In this document: positions 18,190 through 28,376 of the stretch, piece by piece
Layout: every line of letters begins with the position of its first letter
Position numbering within the stretch: the stretch's first letter is position 1
Source: a virus
Taxonomy: Duplodnaviria; Caudoviricetes
Virus record (IMG/VR): IMGVR_UViG_3300045594_000116
Coordinates: 165,509-229,508 of that record
Reading direction: 5' to 3' (one strand)
Length of the DNA: 64,000 nt
The notes under the pieces: model-generated
The model's database searches: none
Told to the model about the DNA's origin: nothing
The model's input: the letters and a program-made list of their open reading frames with translations, nothing else
Made by a program: the position numbers and the translations under genes

Positions 18190-18737
18190 TTATTTGTATG
18201 ACCATAAAATGTCCTTTCTGTCTTCTATAGACATAGTAGGCATTAGGTCACCGAGTACAGTATATCCATCTGGTATACTAGGAAAATCAGATCTAAATAT
18301 AGTTTGGGTTTCTCCAACTAATGGTTTGAAAATATACGTTTTCAAATCTGCACGAGCACCCAAATTTATAGAATAAAATAATGTACCATTAAAAAAGAAA
18401 TTCATTATATTGGAATCATAATCAAATCCATACCCATATCTTCCGGCCTTTTGGTACGTAGGGCTTGTAGTAACATAGTTGAATGTGGTACCATCTGTCC
18501 AACAAAAGCCTATATCTCCTTTAGAGTCCCAACCAATCACATTGGTAACATGCTGAAATATCAGATACCCAGGTAATTTTCCATATGGAAAACCTCCGAA
18601 GTATTCATCCTTTTGATATGGATATATCTCGGGTATATTGTATTCAATATACAATTTGCCCGACTTATCCACTACCTGAGGGATTCCCCCCTCCCCAATA
18701 CTAAATCTTTGTAGCTTACCGATGGATCTATTCTCAT
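18190..18737 (-). pseudogene. SPRY-like paralog with an apparent 1-nt frameshift in a GGGGAGGGGGG tract
   Basis: ATG 18737 with RBS AAGGTGG and a late promoter (18770-18781) is out of frame with the body SGKLYIEY...GRYGYGFDYDSNIMNFFFNG. One extra G restores the frame. Confidence 0.6.
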
Positions 18738-18791
18738 GATAACCACCTTAACCTTTCTCGAAATTCATTTACTAATTTGTCAAAAAAAAAA

Positions 18792-18812
18792 GAGAACTCG
18801 TAATGAGTTCTC
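18792..18812. terminator. Bidirectional terminator
   Basis: A tract, GAGAACTC-GTAAT-GAGTTCTC, then T tract. Confidence 0.85.
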
Positions 18813-18823
18813 CTTTTTTCTAC

Positions 18824-19537
18824 TTATTTACTATTGATCAAATAATTTACAGTAGTCTCCATCAATGCTAGTAACAGCATCTTGGCCATATTATCTCCAC
18901 CACCGATAGCTCCTTGTACTATTCTACCAGTTGTTTTGTTCGGCTGATAGAGAACGAGGCATTTGGTATAGTCTGATTTACAATCATTTATACCATTAGG
19001 TACAAAGGCAACCTTGTACTTAAGAGATTCGCGGCACGTTCCTTTATGGAGCCAATATCCAAGATACTTACTATCTCCGATAAGATCACGAGCCTGATGA
19101 TACATACAGTCAAGCTGCTTGTCGCTGATGTACTTATTACCATCCCAAGTATCATCATAGAGTGATAATGCCCAAAGTAGAGCGACTACGATCGGAAATG
19201 ATTCGCATCTTTCACCAAGAAACTTAAGCACCTTACCGAGTTTAGCCCTGTCTACCTTTGGCATCCTTACAGGAATCTCTAAGTAATCTTTATACTCCTT
19301 AGATGGACTAAACTGCTTGAAGAAGAATAAAGACTGCTTATCTGATATCAGATTGAACAAGGCGCTAACAACCTTTGGATTTGCAGTATGCGGATTGATT
19401 CTGAAGATATCATTATCTCTTTTTGGATCTCCGTTTACGATAGCCTTACGAATGTCAAGTTCTAATCCCTCTTTTGACGCTCGTTTCAATTCGTTAGGAG
19501 CAGAATCGGTTCTTCCTTTTGAATCGATCAGGCACAT
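18824..19537 (-). CDS. Hypothetical protein (possibly the 3' part of a gene starting at 19735)
   Basis: No RBS. In frame with 19541-19735 across a single TGA. Confidence 0.6.
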   Translation of the reverse strand: MCLIDSKGRTDSAPNELKRASKEGLELDIRKAIVNGDPKRDNDIFRINPHTANPKVVSALFNLISDKQSLFFFKQFSPSKEYKDYLEIPVRMPKVDRAKLGKVLKFLGERCESFPIVVALLWALSLYDDTWDGNKYISDKQLDCMYHQARDLIGDSKYLGYWLHKGTCRESLKYKVAFVPNGINDCKSDYTKCLVLYQPNKTTGRIVQGAIGGGDNMAKMLLLALMETTVNYLINSK

Positions 19538-19540
19538 AAC

Positions 19541-19735
19541 TCAATGGAATATCAAAAGCACTATACCTACCGATGGCCCATGCTTCTGCTTTTCAGACAC
19601 ATGCATATTGAATGAAAAGTCATCAAACCATCCGATGTTTTCGCTACGGCCTCTTCCATCTTCACTTAAACGACCTTTGATCCCTGGAGTTACCATTACT
19701 CCTTTTGCATCTGCATTTAAAGTAAACAATTTCAT
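19541..19735 (-). CDS. Hypothetical protein, N-terminus MKLFTL shared with the upstream gene
   Basis: RBS GGGAGG. Confidence 0.55.
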   Translation of the reverse strand: MKLFTLNADAKGVMVTPGIKGRLSEDGRGRSENIGWFDDFSFNMHVSEKQKHGPSVGIVLLIFH

Positions 19736-19751
19736 TTTTTATTCCTCCATA

Positions 19752-20540
19752 TCATTTACGTTCTACTGTTAATACTCCATCCTTTGTATAAGTAATTCTA
19801 GCTACAGTATCAATCTCTTCATTTATAGGAAGTAAGAATTCTTCCTCTCCTTTAAAATTAGCATCAAGAAAGTAGCCTAAGTTTAACCCGATGAATACGT
19901 CTAAGCTTTCTCCTTTCTTGATGAATAACTGATCTACTACTGCACGCTTTATTTCATGCGGTGTATAATTGACATACCTAATTGCTCTCTTCATATAATC
20001 AGATGATCTATTCTCCGCTACTCGTCTATCCAATTCTTCTCGTATGCTCTCATTAGTTTTTACTCTATATGCTTTACCATGCGTAGTATGCATATAGTAA
20101 TACTCGATAGACTTTCTTCCTCTTTTAACCATTCTCTTTAACTTTTCATCACAGATATCACAATACAAATTCTTGCCATCATGGATATTTCTATGAGTAT
20201 GGTTAACAGATATCTGCTCATTGATAAGAGGACATGTCGTAATGGTTATTTCAGAGAAAGGTATAGCTATAGTCATAGGCATATAGATCCATGCTACATC
20301 TGATTCATCAGGCTCTGTCTCTTTCAGTGTATCAGTGTAGCAATTATGCTCGTCAATGAATACTCCATCGGTAATTGTGGTTTCAATCTTCTCATCTTGT
20401 CCCTCTACACTATTGATGAGTTTTACATTAGTTCTACCATGTAAAAATGATAAATCTAAGTATGGCACTTCTTCTTTTTCTACGTTAACAGTTACACCGG
20501 TCTTTACGGAAAGATCATTACTCAAAGTAAACAGTTTCAT
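19752..20540 (-). CDS. Early hypothetical protein with H/C-rich Zn-binding-like insert
   Basis: HTH...CDIC...MH motif, early promoter at 20584. Confidence 0.75.
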   Translation of the reverse strand: MKLFTLSNDLSVKTGVTVNVEKEEVPYLDLSFLHGRTNVKLINSVEGQDEKIETTITDGVFIDEHNCYTDTLKETEPDESDVAWIYMPMTIAIPFSEITITTCPLINEQISVNHTHRNIHDGKNLYCDICDEKLKRMVKRGRKSIEYYYMHTTHGKAYRVKTNESIREELDRRVAENRSSDYMKRAIRYVNYTPHEIKRAVVDQLFIKKGESLDVFIGLNLGYFLDANFKGEEEFLLPINEEIDTVARITYTKDGVLTVERK

Positions 20541-20663
20541 TACAATTACTTCCTTTCAAAAATCTATTTACACATCTCACATTTATAATATATGCCTATA
20601 ATTATCATAAAAAACAAAATAGATCCTGGGTATTAAACCCAGGGAAGTATTTATTGTTTCTTT

Positions 20664-22808
20664 TTAGATGGTCTTAAGCATCTTGCTAAATTCGTCTAAG
20701 AACTCTTCTCTTTCCATGATCTCTGCATCTTTGTCAGCATTTCCGATAGCTATAATGCGATACTCACCATTTGCATTCTTAAATGCCTTGGTAAAGAACT
20801 TATCTTTATCTAGTGGGACATCGCATTTGAGCTGAACCTCATCATCTGTACTTTCATAGCCACAAGAATTAAGGCAGAACTTAATCCCCATAGCAGCCTG
20901 CTTCGCACTATCCAAGGATACATTGTAGAAGCGCGTCTTATCTTTATTGGTGATAAAAGCAAACTTAACGGTATCCCCAAATTTATCGAAGCCAAATTCC
21001 TGATTCAGCCGTTCTCTTTGCAATCTAACTGAATTCATCTTGAACTTTCTAGAAGCAACAGAATCAGAAATACATTTCGTCATATAGCTTACAGCACAGA
21101 TAAGATCATTCTTTTCCATAACTTCATCTTCATCTGAACATGCAGCTAGCAGCATGATCTTACTATCATGGAATTCGTCCTCATATGTTCTGATTAGGAA
21201 TCCATTTGGATTGTTGAATTTATTAGTAGAGGCATTCGTCTCTACAATATTCTTGTAACCATACGATTCCAACGTAAGATCAAGTATGAAGATAATGGAC
21301 TTTGCATCTTCAATACTAACAGGATAGAATTCAAGTTTGTCATTTGGATAATCCATTAGAGCAAACTTAACCTTGTCCGTTCCCATCTTTTCAGGATCGA
21401 ATTTTTCTTGGACTTTAGAAGGAGACTCTTTTGGATCTGCCTCCATATTGCTATCAGATTTGTTGATAGTTCTATCCCGTCTATAGGGAGGGCGAGTCTG
21501 AATCTTCCCTTTTTCATCATAGCTAATAGTGGAATTTACGTAGTTAGCATCGATAGCGTCAATAACTTCTGTTATTGTTAATACAGGATAAAACCTAATA
21601 TCTTGTGATGCTGTCTTCGTAAAAATGATCTTTAAGCTATGGTGCTCAGGATCGTCGAATCCAAAAGTTGTACCATTTGCCTCGCCATACATCTTTTGTA
21701 GAGTTTCTTTGAATTTATCCATCTCTTCATAAAGAATAATAAAACTGCTTGTATTGATACTAGTGCCATCTTTGTCGCACAAGCTATACAATCCAGAGAT
21801 TACGGATTTCGTGTAACTCTCCTCTTTCTCCAGAGTTTCAAACATGCTAGCCTTGATGTCATTAACTATCTTGGTTATGGGTTCTTTCTTATCCCCCTTA
21901 TCATTTACAGAGTTTGCTTCTACTACATCTAATTTCCTTTTTATGGATTCAACAGACAATGCACCACCCCCAGTGATGATATCAATTTCTGTAACCAGAC
22001 TATCACACGTTCTAGCAACCAAGCAGATATCTTCTACCATCTCAGCTGGAGTCTTTCCAAACTCATTGATAGGATGCTCTTCTTTGATCACCTCAATATC
22101 CAATGAGATTTTATTGTGCTTATATTCTATAACAGCTGAGCCTTTCCCGCTGAGAAACCAAGTCCCGAATTTTGTATTCAGTTCTTTTTTAGCATCGATG
22201 GTCTCGCATCTAAGATAATACTCAGAACGAGTCAGTAATCTAGGTGCATGGTTAGTAATATTCAGTGAGAAACCAACGATAACCTTTGTATGGGTGTACG
22301 AATCATCTTTAGGAATGATGGTTTTGCTTGGATCTTCTTCCTTGTAGTTATTCAGTTGACTTGCCTGAATATGCATGATTACTCCATACTTTGATTTGAA
22401 TACGACAGTCTTGATTCCTGCATTCTTGATCATACGCTTACAGAGCAGGCATGGCGCTCCAGATGCCAACGTGCCATCTGCATTCTCTCCATAGATATAG
22501 ATGGTAGAACCAATCATACGCTGTTTAGTACAATTGATGATAGCATTCTGCTCAGCATGTACGGCTTTGCAGAGTTCGTATCTTTCTCCTTTTGGCACAT
22601 GGAGTTCTTCACGCTTGCACTCTCCATAATCAGAGCAATTCTCTTCTCCCACCGGAGAGCCATTGTATCCACTAGATACAATGGCATTTGACGTATCAAC
22701 AATAACTGCACCGTATTTACGGCGCAGACAAGTGGATCTCATAGAAATTGCTTTTGCTACATTCAAGAAATATTCGTCCCATGATGGGCGTGCTGCTGTT
22801 GTTTTCAT
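20664..22808 (-). CDS. dCMP deaminase fused to a ~550-aa C-terminal region with internal repeats
   Basis: RPSWDEYFL, STCLRRKYGAVIV, GYNG, HAEQNAI and PCLLC deaminase motifs in the first ~150 aa. Confidence 0.85.
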   Translation of the reverse strand: MKTTAARPSWDEYFLNVAKAISMRSTCLRRKYGAVIVDTSNAIVSSGYNGSPVGEENCSDYGECKREELHVPKGERYELCKAVHAEQNAIINCTKQRMIGSTIYIYGENADGTLASGAPCLLCKRMIKNAGIKTVVFKSKYGVIMHIQASQLNNYKEEDPSKTIIPKDDSYTHTKVIVGFSLNITNHAPRLLTRSEYYLRCETIDAKKELNTKFGTWFLSGKGSAVIEYKHNKISLDIEVIKEEHPINEFGKTPAEMVEDICLVARTCDSLVTEIDIITGGGALSVESIKRKLDVVEANSVNDKGDKKEPITKIVNDIKASMFETLEKEESYTKSVISGLYSLCDKDGTSINTSSFIILYEEMDKFKETLQKMYGEANGTTFGFDDPEHHSLKIIFTKTASQDIRFYPVLTITEVIDAIDANYVNSTISYDEKGKIQTRPPYRRDRTINKSDSNMEADPKESPSKVQEKFDPEKMGTDKVKFALMDYPNDKLEFYPVSIEDAKSIIFILDLTLESYGYKNIVETNASTNKFNNPNGFLIRTYEDEFHDSKIMLLAACSDEDEVMEKNDLICAVSYMTKCISDSVASRKFKMNSVRLQRERLNQEFGFDKFGDTVKFAFITNKDKTRFYNVSLDSAKQAAMGIKFCLNSCGYESTDDEVQLKCDVPLDKDKFFTKAFKNANGEYRIIAIGNADKDAEIMEREEFLDEFSKMLKTI

Positions 22809-22810
22809 AA

Positions 22811-23020
22811 TTAATATATCCTCCCCTGAGATACTATAATCAAATTAGTAAGAAGCACGGTTAGCAATACCAATATCGCTATGATTAGCGTATCGATATT
22901 GCAAAACTCGTGTTTAATCCGAAGCATCATGTATCGAAGATCTTCCTTAGCTCTTACCCTCGGATTCAACCTGCTCTGTATCCTCTTCAAATGCTCCGGA
23001 AGTATCGTAATCTTTTTCAT
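22811..23020 (-). CDS. Small membrane protein
   Basis: RBS GGGAGG, C-terminal hydrophobic helix. Confidence 0.6.
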   Translation of the reverse strand: MKKITILPEHLKRIQSRLNPRVRAKEDLRYMMLRIKHEFCNIDTLIIAILVLLTVLLTNLIIVSQGRIY

Positions 23021-24302
23021 CTAATGCTGGCCTCCCGTCATTAAGCCAAACTAAGATAGGATGTTTTTGAATGGCATCCGTTGTATCGGTTGAATACAGA
23101 TATGCTGCTGTGCATGTCAGTACAGAACGTCGAGTATCAATATTCAATACATCAATCTGCGCCAGATATCTAATGAAGTCTTCTGCTTTAGGACCTCCTA
23201 CAAATTCTGCCGGTTTCGAATCGGTTGGGTATCTGAACAGATAATCAAATACCAACTTTTCGAGATAGTCCATATAGATAAATTGCCTACGCATGAAGAT
23301 CATCTTCTTCATGGCTTCGACAAATTCTTTTGAGATCTCATTACTGCCATTGCAATAGTCTCTTACTGCTGTAATAAGAAGCTCCAAAAAATCATTGATG
23401 TTCGCTTCGTTAAACCATATTTCCATCAGCATTTTTTCTCTTTCAGAATACTTATGCTTCTTATATGGCTTAGCAGTATTTGCTTCAGGCTGCTTGTTAC
23501 CGTCAATGAAACCATCTTTATAATCCATCAGCCCTAATGTACGCAAGAACTTAACAAAATTAACTGTTCTAGATCCACCATTATAGTCTATGGTCAAAGC
23601 GTCTTCATGCAAGATAAAAGCATCGCGCGCCAGACTGATAAAGAGAGGCTTATCGATCTCATTTATCTTAAACGTAAGTATCCTCTTTATCGAATCGATG
23701 TATTCATCAGGAACGGAGCCTTCTTCATAAGCACAATAGTCTTTCACAATATCAATGATATCGCGTAAAATGCAGTTGATATTCATTGTCATGCCTGAAA
23801 GCTCAATAGATTCTCCGTCATGCTCAATGAAAAAAGATATAATGCGTAGCACTTTTTCTCTTCGTTTAATATCTTCCACCGTCACATCTCCTTGTAATTT
23901 ATTCCTAGTGAGGTCTTTCTTATGCGGCATTTCTTTCGGGGCACTCCCAAATTTGAAGCTCATCAATCCTAGTTCAACTAAGAATGAAATGAACTGTCTT
24001 GCTTTGTCCCCTTGAACGCTTATTCCCGAAGAGTCTTCTTCCAGGATAATATCCTTACGTACCAATCCTGTAAGAAGGGGTATGTCTATATCTTTAGCTT
24101 TGTACTTGATCAGTTTCTTTATTGAACAGACATCTGCATCAGAGATGGCTCCATCTGCACCGGCACAATATTCTTTCATAGCACCGATGATATCGTATAA
24201 TAAAATACCATTGATGTCTATATAGTCACCTTGATCAGCTCCACCTTTACTCTCGAAAGATGCTATGACATCTAGCAATCTTTCTTTCCTAAGATTTTCC
24301 AT
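22947..24302 (-). CDS. Hypothetical protein with three tandem helical repeats
   Basis: Repeated IN..L.DII..V(K/R)DYC.G...I....V.SIK..I...G.KA..FI.FL..LG.M. Confidence 0.75.
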   Translation of the reverse strand: MENLRKERLLDVIASFESKGGADQGDYIDINGILLYDIIGAMKEYCAGADGAISDADVCSIKKLIKYKAKDIDIPLLTGLVRKDIILEEDSSGISVQGDKARQFISFLVELGLMSFKFGSAPKEMPHKKDLTRNKLQGDVTVEDIKRREKVLRIISFFIEHDGESIELSGMTMNINCILRDIIDIVKDYCAYEEGSVPDEYIDSIKRILTFKINEIDKPLFISLARDAFILHEDALTIDYNGGSRTVNFVKFLRTLGLMDYKDGFIDGNKQPEANTAKPYKKHKYSEREKMLMEIWFNEANINDFLELLITAVRDYCNGSNEISKEFVEAMKKMIFMRRQFIYMDYLEKLVFDYLFRYPTDSKPAEFVGGPKAEDFIRYLAQIDVLNIDTRRSVLTCTAAYLYSTDTTDAIQKHPILVWLNDGRPALDEKDYDTSGAFEEDTEQVESEGKS

Positions 24303-24314
24303 CCCTACATCTCC

Positions 24315-24725
24315 TTATAATTTGCTCTTGATGATATCTTTCTTATGCAGCATTTCTTTCCACACACCGAGAGTATATCCCATTTTGATAAACAGCATCT
24401 TAGCCTCTACTGTCATTCCGACAAGACCAGCTGTATGCATTTCATCGATTACCGCCTGCTCAAAGTCATAGGATGCTTTCTTAGCCAACTGCCAATTGAT
24501 AACATCTTTTCCATAAAGATGAGTTACTGCAAGACTCTGATAAGTCTTTTGCTGAAACTTCGTCTTAATGAAACCATCACTGGTATCTTCAATATTCTGG
24601 ATAACGGCTTTACGTTCATTATCACTTGTGGTTTTCTTAAGATCCTCTACCAAGAGAATGATATCACCAAGTGCAACAACCATCTCGAAGTATTCGGATT
24701 CCAATTCCTTAACGTCTACTAGCAT
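24315..24725 (-). CDS. Hypothetical protein
   Basis: RBS AAGGAGA, operon context. Confidence 0.7.
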   Translation of the reverse strand: MLVDVKELESEYFEMVVALGDIILLVEDLKKTTSDNERKAVIQNIEDTSDGFIKTKFQQKTYQSLAVTHLYGKDVINWQLAKKASYDFEQAVIDEMHTAGLVGMTVEAKMLFIKMGYTLGVWKEMLHKKDIIKSKL

Positions 24726-24897
24726 CTTTATTTCTCCTTTTTCTTATTATTAGCAAATAGCCAACTATCAGTATAGCATATAAGATAAAAACGTAAATAC
24801 CACCATTGCCAAATTGAAGCAATCCAAATATAGTATTTAGAAGTAAAGCAACGTATAGAATATTATTTCTTATACGATATTTCTTTTCTTCCTGCAT
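24709..24897 (-). CDS. Small two-TM membrane protein
   Basis: RBS GGAGG, two hydrophobic stretches. Confidence 0.6.
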   Translation of the reverse strand: MQEEKKYRIRNNILYVALLLNTIFGLLQFGNGGIYVFILYAILIVGYLLIIRKRRNKDASRR

Positions 24898-24898
24898 C

Positions 24899-27574
24899 TT
24901 ACATTCCTCCATATTGATAGATGACATTTCCATCTAGCTTCAATGTTGGATCGCTATTCCTGAGAACAATTAGATCCGCATCATACATGCTAAGTTCGCT
25001 GTTATGGCTGATCATTATACATTGCTCATATGAAAGCATTTTCATCAGAGTATTCAATACCGTGATAAACTGCAATCTGTTTTGTGGATCTAATCCGCCA
25101 TCAATCTCATCTAACTTGATTATAGAATAATCATTAGATGTAGAACGAAGCAGTGCAAAGCTAACAATCATGCTGATCATACATACTTGAGCTGTACTCA
25201 TAGAAGAGATATCATCATTCATAATACCTCTTCCCAAGCATGGCATCTTAAACTCTTTCTCATTGATAATGAATGGATGTAATACGAATTCTCCATTGAA
25301 GAATGACTTTAGAAGTTCATTAGACGTAGAGAGAATCCCATTCATAAACATCTCCATATACACAGTCTGTATTCCAGTAGTTGGAGATGCATAATATTTG
25401 ATCTTCTCAGTCATGTCATATTCAGATGAATACTTCTTGTACTGATCGAGATAATCATTATAGAGTACGATCTTATACTTAGCCTTCTGCAAGTTATCCT
25501 GATTCTTTGGAATAAGATCAGTATTGATCATTTCCAATTCAGACATATCTGCATCCATAGTTTCTTTGATTGTTGTAGCCGCTGTAAAACTTGCTTCGAG
25601 CCTAGGTAACTTATCAGTTATCTCATCTATTCTCTTAGATAAGTTCTGATATTGAATCTTGGTCTGATATAGATTCGTATCAGTAGATAAGGATTTGTTA
25701 AGTTCACTGATCTCACCAGCATAAGAATCTATCTTCTTCTTAGCATCTTCTTCATCATGACGATAAGCTGCATATGCCGCCCTATCTTTATTGATGGATT
25801 CCGTTAAGAATAAGATTTCTGCTTCATTCTTTGATAGCGATGACTTCTGATCTTTGAATCTCTGAATATCTGCCTTAGTAGTTTTAACAACAGTGATCAG
25901 ATTAGAACGGTCAAGATAACCCTTCGTATCCATCATTACCTGCTGATTGCTAAGCATGAATTTAGCATAGCTATCAATATCTCTTACCCATTCTAACCCA
26001 TGGAACTTAGTAAGAATAGTCTGAGGTATAGATTCATAAAATCTGAATACCTCCATTTTACATTGCATAACTTTACCGCTAGCTTTCTGCAAAGCTATCA
26101 TATCTTGCAATGCATGCTCTTGCTCATCTAATGCAGCATTCAACTTGCTAAAGTCATCTTCAGATAGTAAGCAGCTCTTAGCGCTTACAACCTCTTCAAT
26201 GAATGGGCAATCACTCAAATGATTACAGTCATCTGGAATCAGAGAGAATGTTTTGCATTGGTCTTTAAGGGTTCTTTGACGAACTATTAAAGCTTTAGAA
26301 TCCGAAATAGATTCTCTAAGTTTCTCTATAGATTCATCTGATGGTGCTGCATTAGAACCAACTATCCCGAATGCCTCTTCTAAGATATTATCTTCGTAAG
26401 TATCTCTGATATATTGGATATGAGATTTGAGCCTCTGTACGAACTGAACCGCCGTATCATACTCATCTCTAGTTACATCATCATACTTATCAAAACCTAT
26501 CTCAGAGAACTGTTCTTTGCAGAATTCGAGTTTATCTTTGCACTCCTGTATCCTTTGATCGATATCGCTTAAAATCGCGTAATCACCAAAAGCATCGAGT
26601 TTAATCGTATTAGTTTGGATACGATCAGAAAGCTCTTTTTCTAACGCTAAGATCTTTTTGTACTGTTCTTCAGCATTTTCCTGCATAGATTTAGCTCTGG
26701 CGATTTTACTAGCATAGATAGCTTCGTAGTTATCAGCAACTCTGCTGAATCTAATTTTGTACTTAGCGCAATCCTCGAAATTTGCATTGCATACAGTAAG
26801 TTCATTCTTCAGCTGATTATACTCGGTAAGTATATCTGTATTATCTTGGTCAGCTAATGCATTTAGCTTTTCCTTACTGGTTGCGATCTTTGCAATCAAT
26901 AGATTACGTCTGTCTTCCATATCGCCCATTGAAGATTCCATCGACTTAATTGAACTATTAATCGATTCAGTATCTCCGATAGAATCCATCTTAGAATTGA
27001 TAGAGTTAAGAATAGATTTCAACTCAGAGCTCTTCTTAACCAATTTCTTATAGATAAGATTATAGAACTCCAATTGGCTAAGCTTGCTATTGATGAATCT
27101 CTTTCTCTCTGCAGGATTCTTATCTGCTAATCCTCTATCATCAGAAGACAGTTGTGCAAGTAGTAAGAAGTCTTCATCTATGCCAAGAATCTCATGAATG
27201 ATCTTCTTTCCTTCGGTTACATTACCATTAGGATTGAGTTCTTTTGTCGTTCCATCTGAATATGTAACACGGGCATGGCAGGAAGAGCTTCTTGTTCCGC
27301 TCTTGCTGCATGTACTTGTATGAGTTATATCTAATACCTTTCCTGGGAGTATATAACTAATGCTCTTAACTGCATCTTTTCCAGGAACAAAGTCTTTTGC
27401 TTGTTCATTATCAGGATTGATGGCTTTGAGTATTGTACTCTTTCCTGAGCCATTGTCTCCTTTGATAACAGTAATACTGTGTGTCGCTTTAGAGAAGTCT
27501 ATAAGAATCTCCTCTAATCCTAAACCATTATAAATCCCTACGTAGTTCCGCAGGTATAGTCGTGCCAATCTCAT
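24899..27574 (-). CDS. sbcC: SbcC/Rad50-like ATPase
   Basis: Walker A GDNGSGKS, coiled coils with a CNHLSDCP hook-like centre, signature MSTAQ, Walker B LDEIDGGLD, ISH. Confidence 0.92.
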   Translation of the reverse strand: MRLARLYLRNYVGIYNGLGLEEILIDFSKATHSITVIKGDNGSGKSTILKAINPDNEQAKDFVPGKDAVKSISYILPGKVLDITHTSTCSKSGTRSSSCHARVTYSDGTTKELNPNGNVTEGKKIIHEILGIDEDFLLLAQLSSDDRGLADKNPAERKRFINSKLSQLEFYNLIYKKLVKKSSELKSILNSINSKMDSIGDTESINSSIKSMESSMGDMEDRRNLLIAKIATSKEKLNALADQDNTDILTEYNQLKNELTVCNANFEDCAKYKIRFSRVADNYEAIYASKIARAKSMQENAEEQYKKILALEKELSDRIQTNTIKLDAFGDYAILSDIDQRIQECKDKLEFCKEQFSEIGFDKYDDVTRDEYDTAVQFVQRLKSHIQYIRDTYEDNILEEAFGIVGSNAAPSDESIEKLRESISDSKALIVRQRTLKDQCKTFSLIPDDCNHLSDCPFIEEVVSAKSCLLSEDDFSKLNAALDEQEHALQDMIALQKASGKVMQCKMEVFRFYESIPQTILTKFHGLEWVRDIDSYAKFMLSNQQVMMDTKGYLDRSNLITVVKTTKADIQRFKDQKSSLSKNEAEILFLTESINKDRAAYAAYRHDEEDAKKKIDSYAGEISELNKSLSTDTNLYQTKIQYQNLSKRIDEITDKLPRLEASFTAATTIKETMDADMSELEMINTDLIPKNQDNLQKAKYKIVLYNDYLDQYKKYSSEYDMTEKIKYYASPTTGIQTVYMEMFMNGILSTSNELLKSFFNGEFVLHPFIINEKEFKMPCLGRGIMNDDISSMSTAQVCMISMIVSFALLRSTSNDYSIIKLDEIDGGLDPQNRLQFITVLNTLMKMLSYEQCIMISHNSELSMYDADLIVLRNSDPTLKLDGNVIYQYGGM

Positions 27575-27657
27575 ATTGTCTCCCCCTATTAGTCAAAAGT
27601 TAAGTTTCTATTAAAAAATAATCCCTGAGCTATAATAGCTCAGGGAATATTAGAATC

Positions 27658-27816
27658 TTAACGAAATAGAGATTCATTAAGAGAAATACAATATAAAGCG
27701 AATCGATCATCGACCTTGTACTTAGCGCAAAGTTGATGAATGTTCTTTTTGTATACGTAGAAAGCTCTGGCTATCTTATAAGCCAGACGTTCTTGCTCTT
27801 TCCTCAGCCCGAACAT
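27658..27816 (-). CDS. Small protein, 52 aa (MFGLRKEQERLAYKIARAF...); not in the ORF track
   Basis: RBS GAGGTG, terminator at about 27623-27646 downstream. Confidence 0.55.
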   Translation of the reverse strand: MFGLRKEQERLAYKIARAFYVYKKNIHQLCAKYKVDDRFALYCISLNESLFR

Positions 27817-28375
27817 ATTCACACCTCAATTCATCGATATGTTTCACGGTCTTCAGCATATCATCTGTATCGATCTTATCAGTATTACACTTAAAGACCT
27901 CTACGTCATTTGTGCGCTTATAAAGACTGTATAAAGCATATTCCTTTATCCAATCATTAGTTCTAATATTCGTCATATCTACGATATCAACAGCTCCAAC
28001 CGTCAGCCTATGTGTATGATAGCAGTAGTGATCAATGCTATCAATAATCTTATAGAAAAGCTTATACAGCTTATGATAAGATACTTCCATGCCGTCGATA
28101 AAGTCTGGATAGATCAGAAAGATATTACGATTGTTCAAAGACGACTCACTGATATCATGAGCCATAGCGCACTTGCTCTTGCCAAATACGAAGTAGATAC
28201 TACACTCGTCACACTTAGCATATGTATATACTCCGTCGATATCATCTTTAGAATTTCCGACTGCTTCATTGATACGGGTAATCTCCGCACCACCTTTGTT
28301 CATTCTAGCACGAACAATAGTGGCTTGCGAGCAACTCCCGCAAAATAAACCAGCCAATTTAATCCTATTGAACAA
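27776..28375 (-). CDS. Hypothetical protein
   Basis: TTG start after GGAGGAGG. Confidence 0.65.
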   Translation of the reverse strand: MFNRIKLAGLFCGSCSQATIVRARMNKGGAEITRINEAVGNSKDDIDGVYTYAKCDECSIYFVFGKSKCAMAHDISESSLNNRNIFLIYPDFIDGMEVSYHKLYKLFYKIIDSIDHYCYHTHRLTVGAVDIVDMTNIRTNDWIKEYALYSLYKRTNDVEVFKCNTDKIDTDDMLKTVKHIDELRCEYVRAEERARTSGL

Positions 28376-28376
28376 A

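Noticed and set aside
19538-19543. Genome-wide stop-codon reassignment
   Set aside because: All long genes are intact in the standard code, and TGA, TAG and TAA all end genes. The single in-frame TGA is better explained locally.
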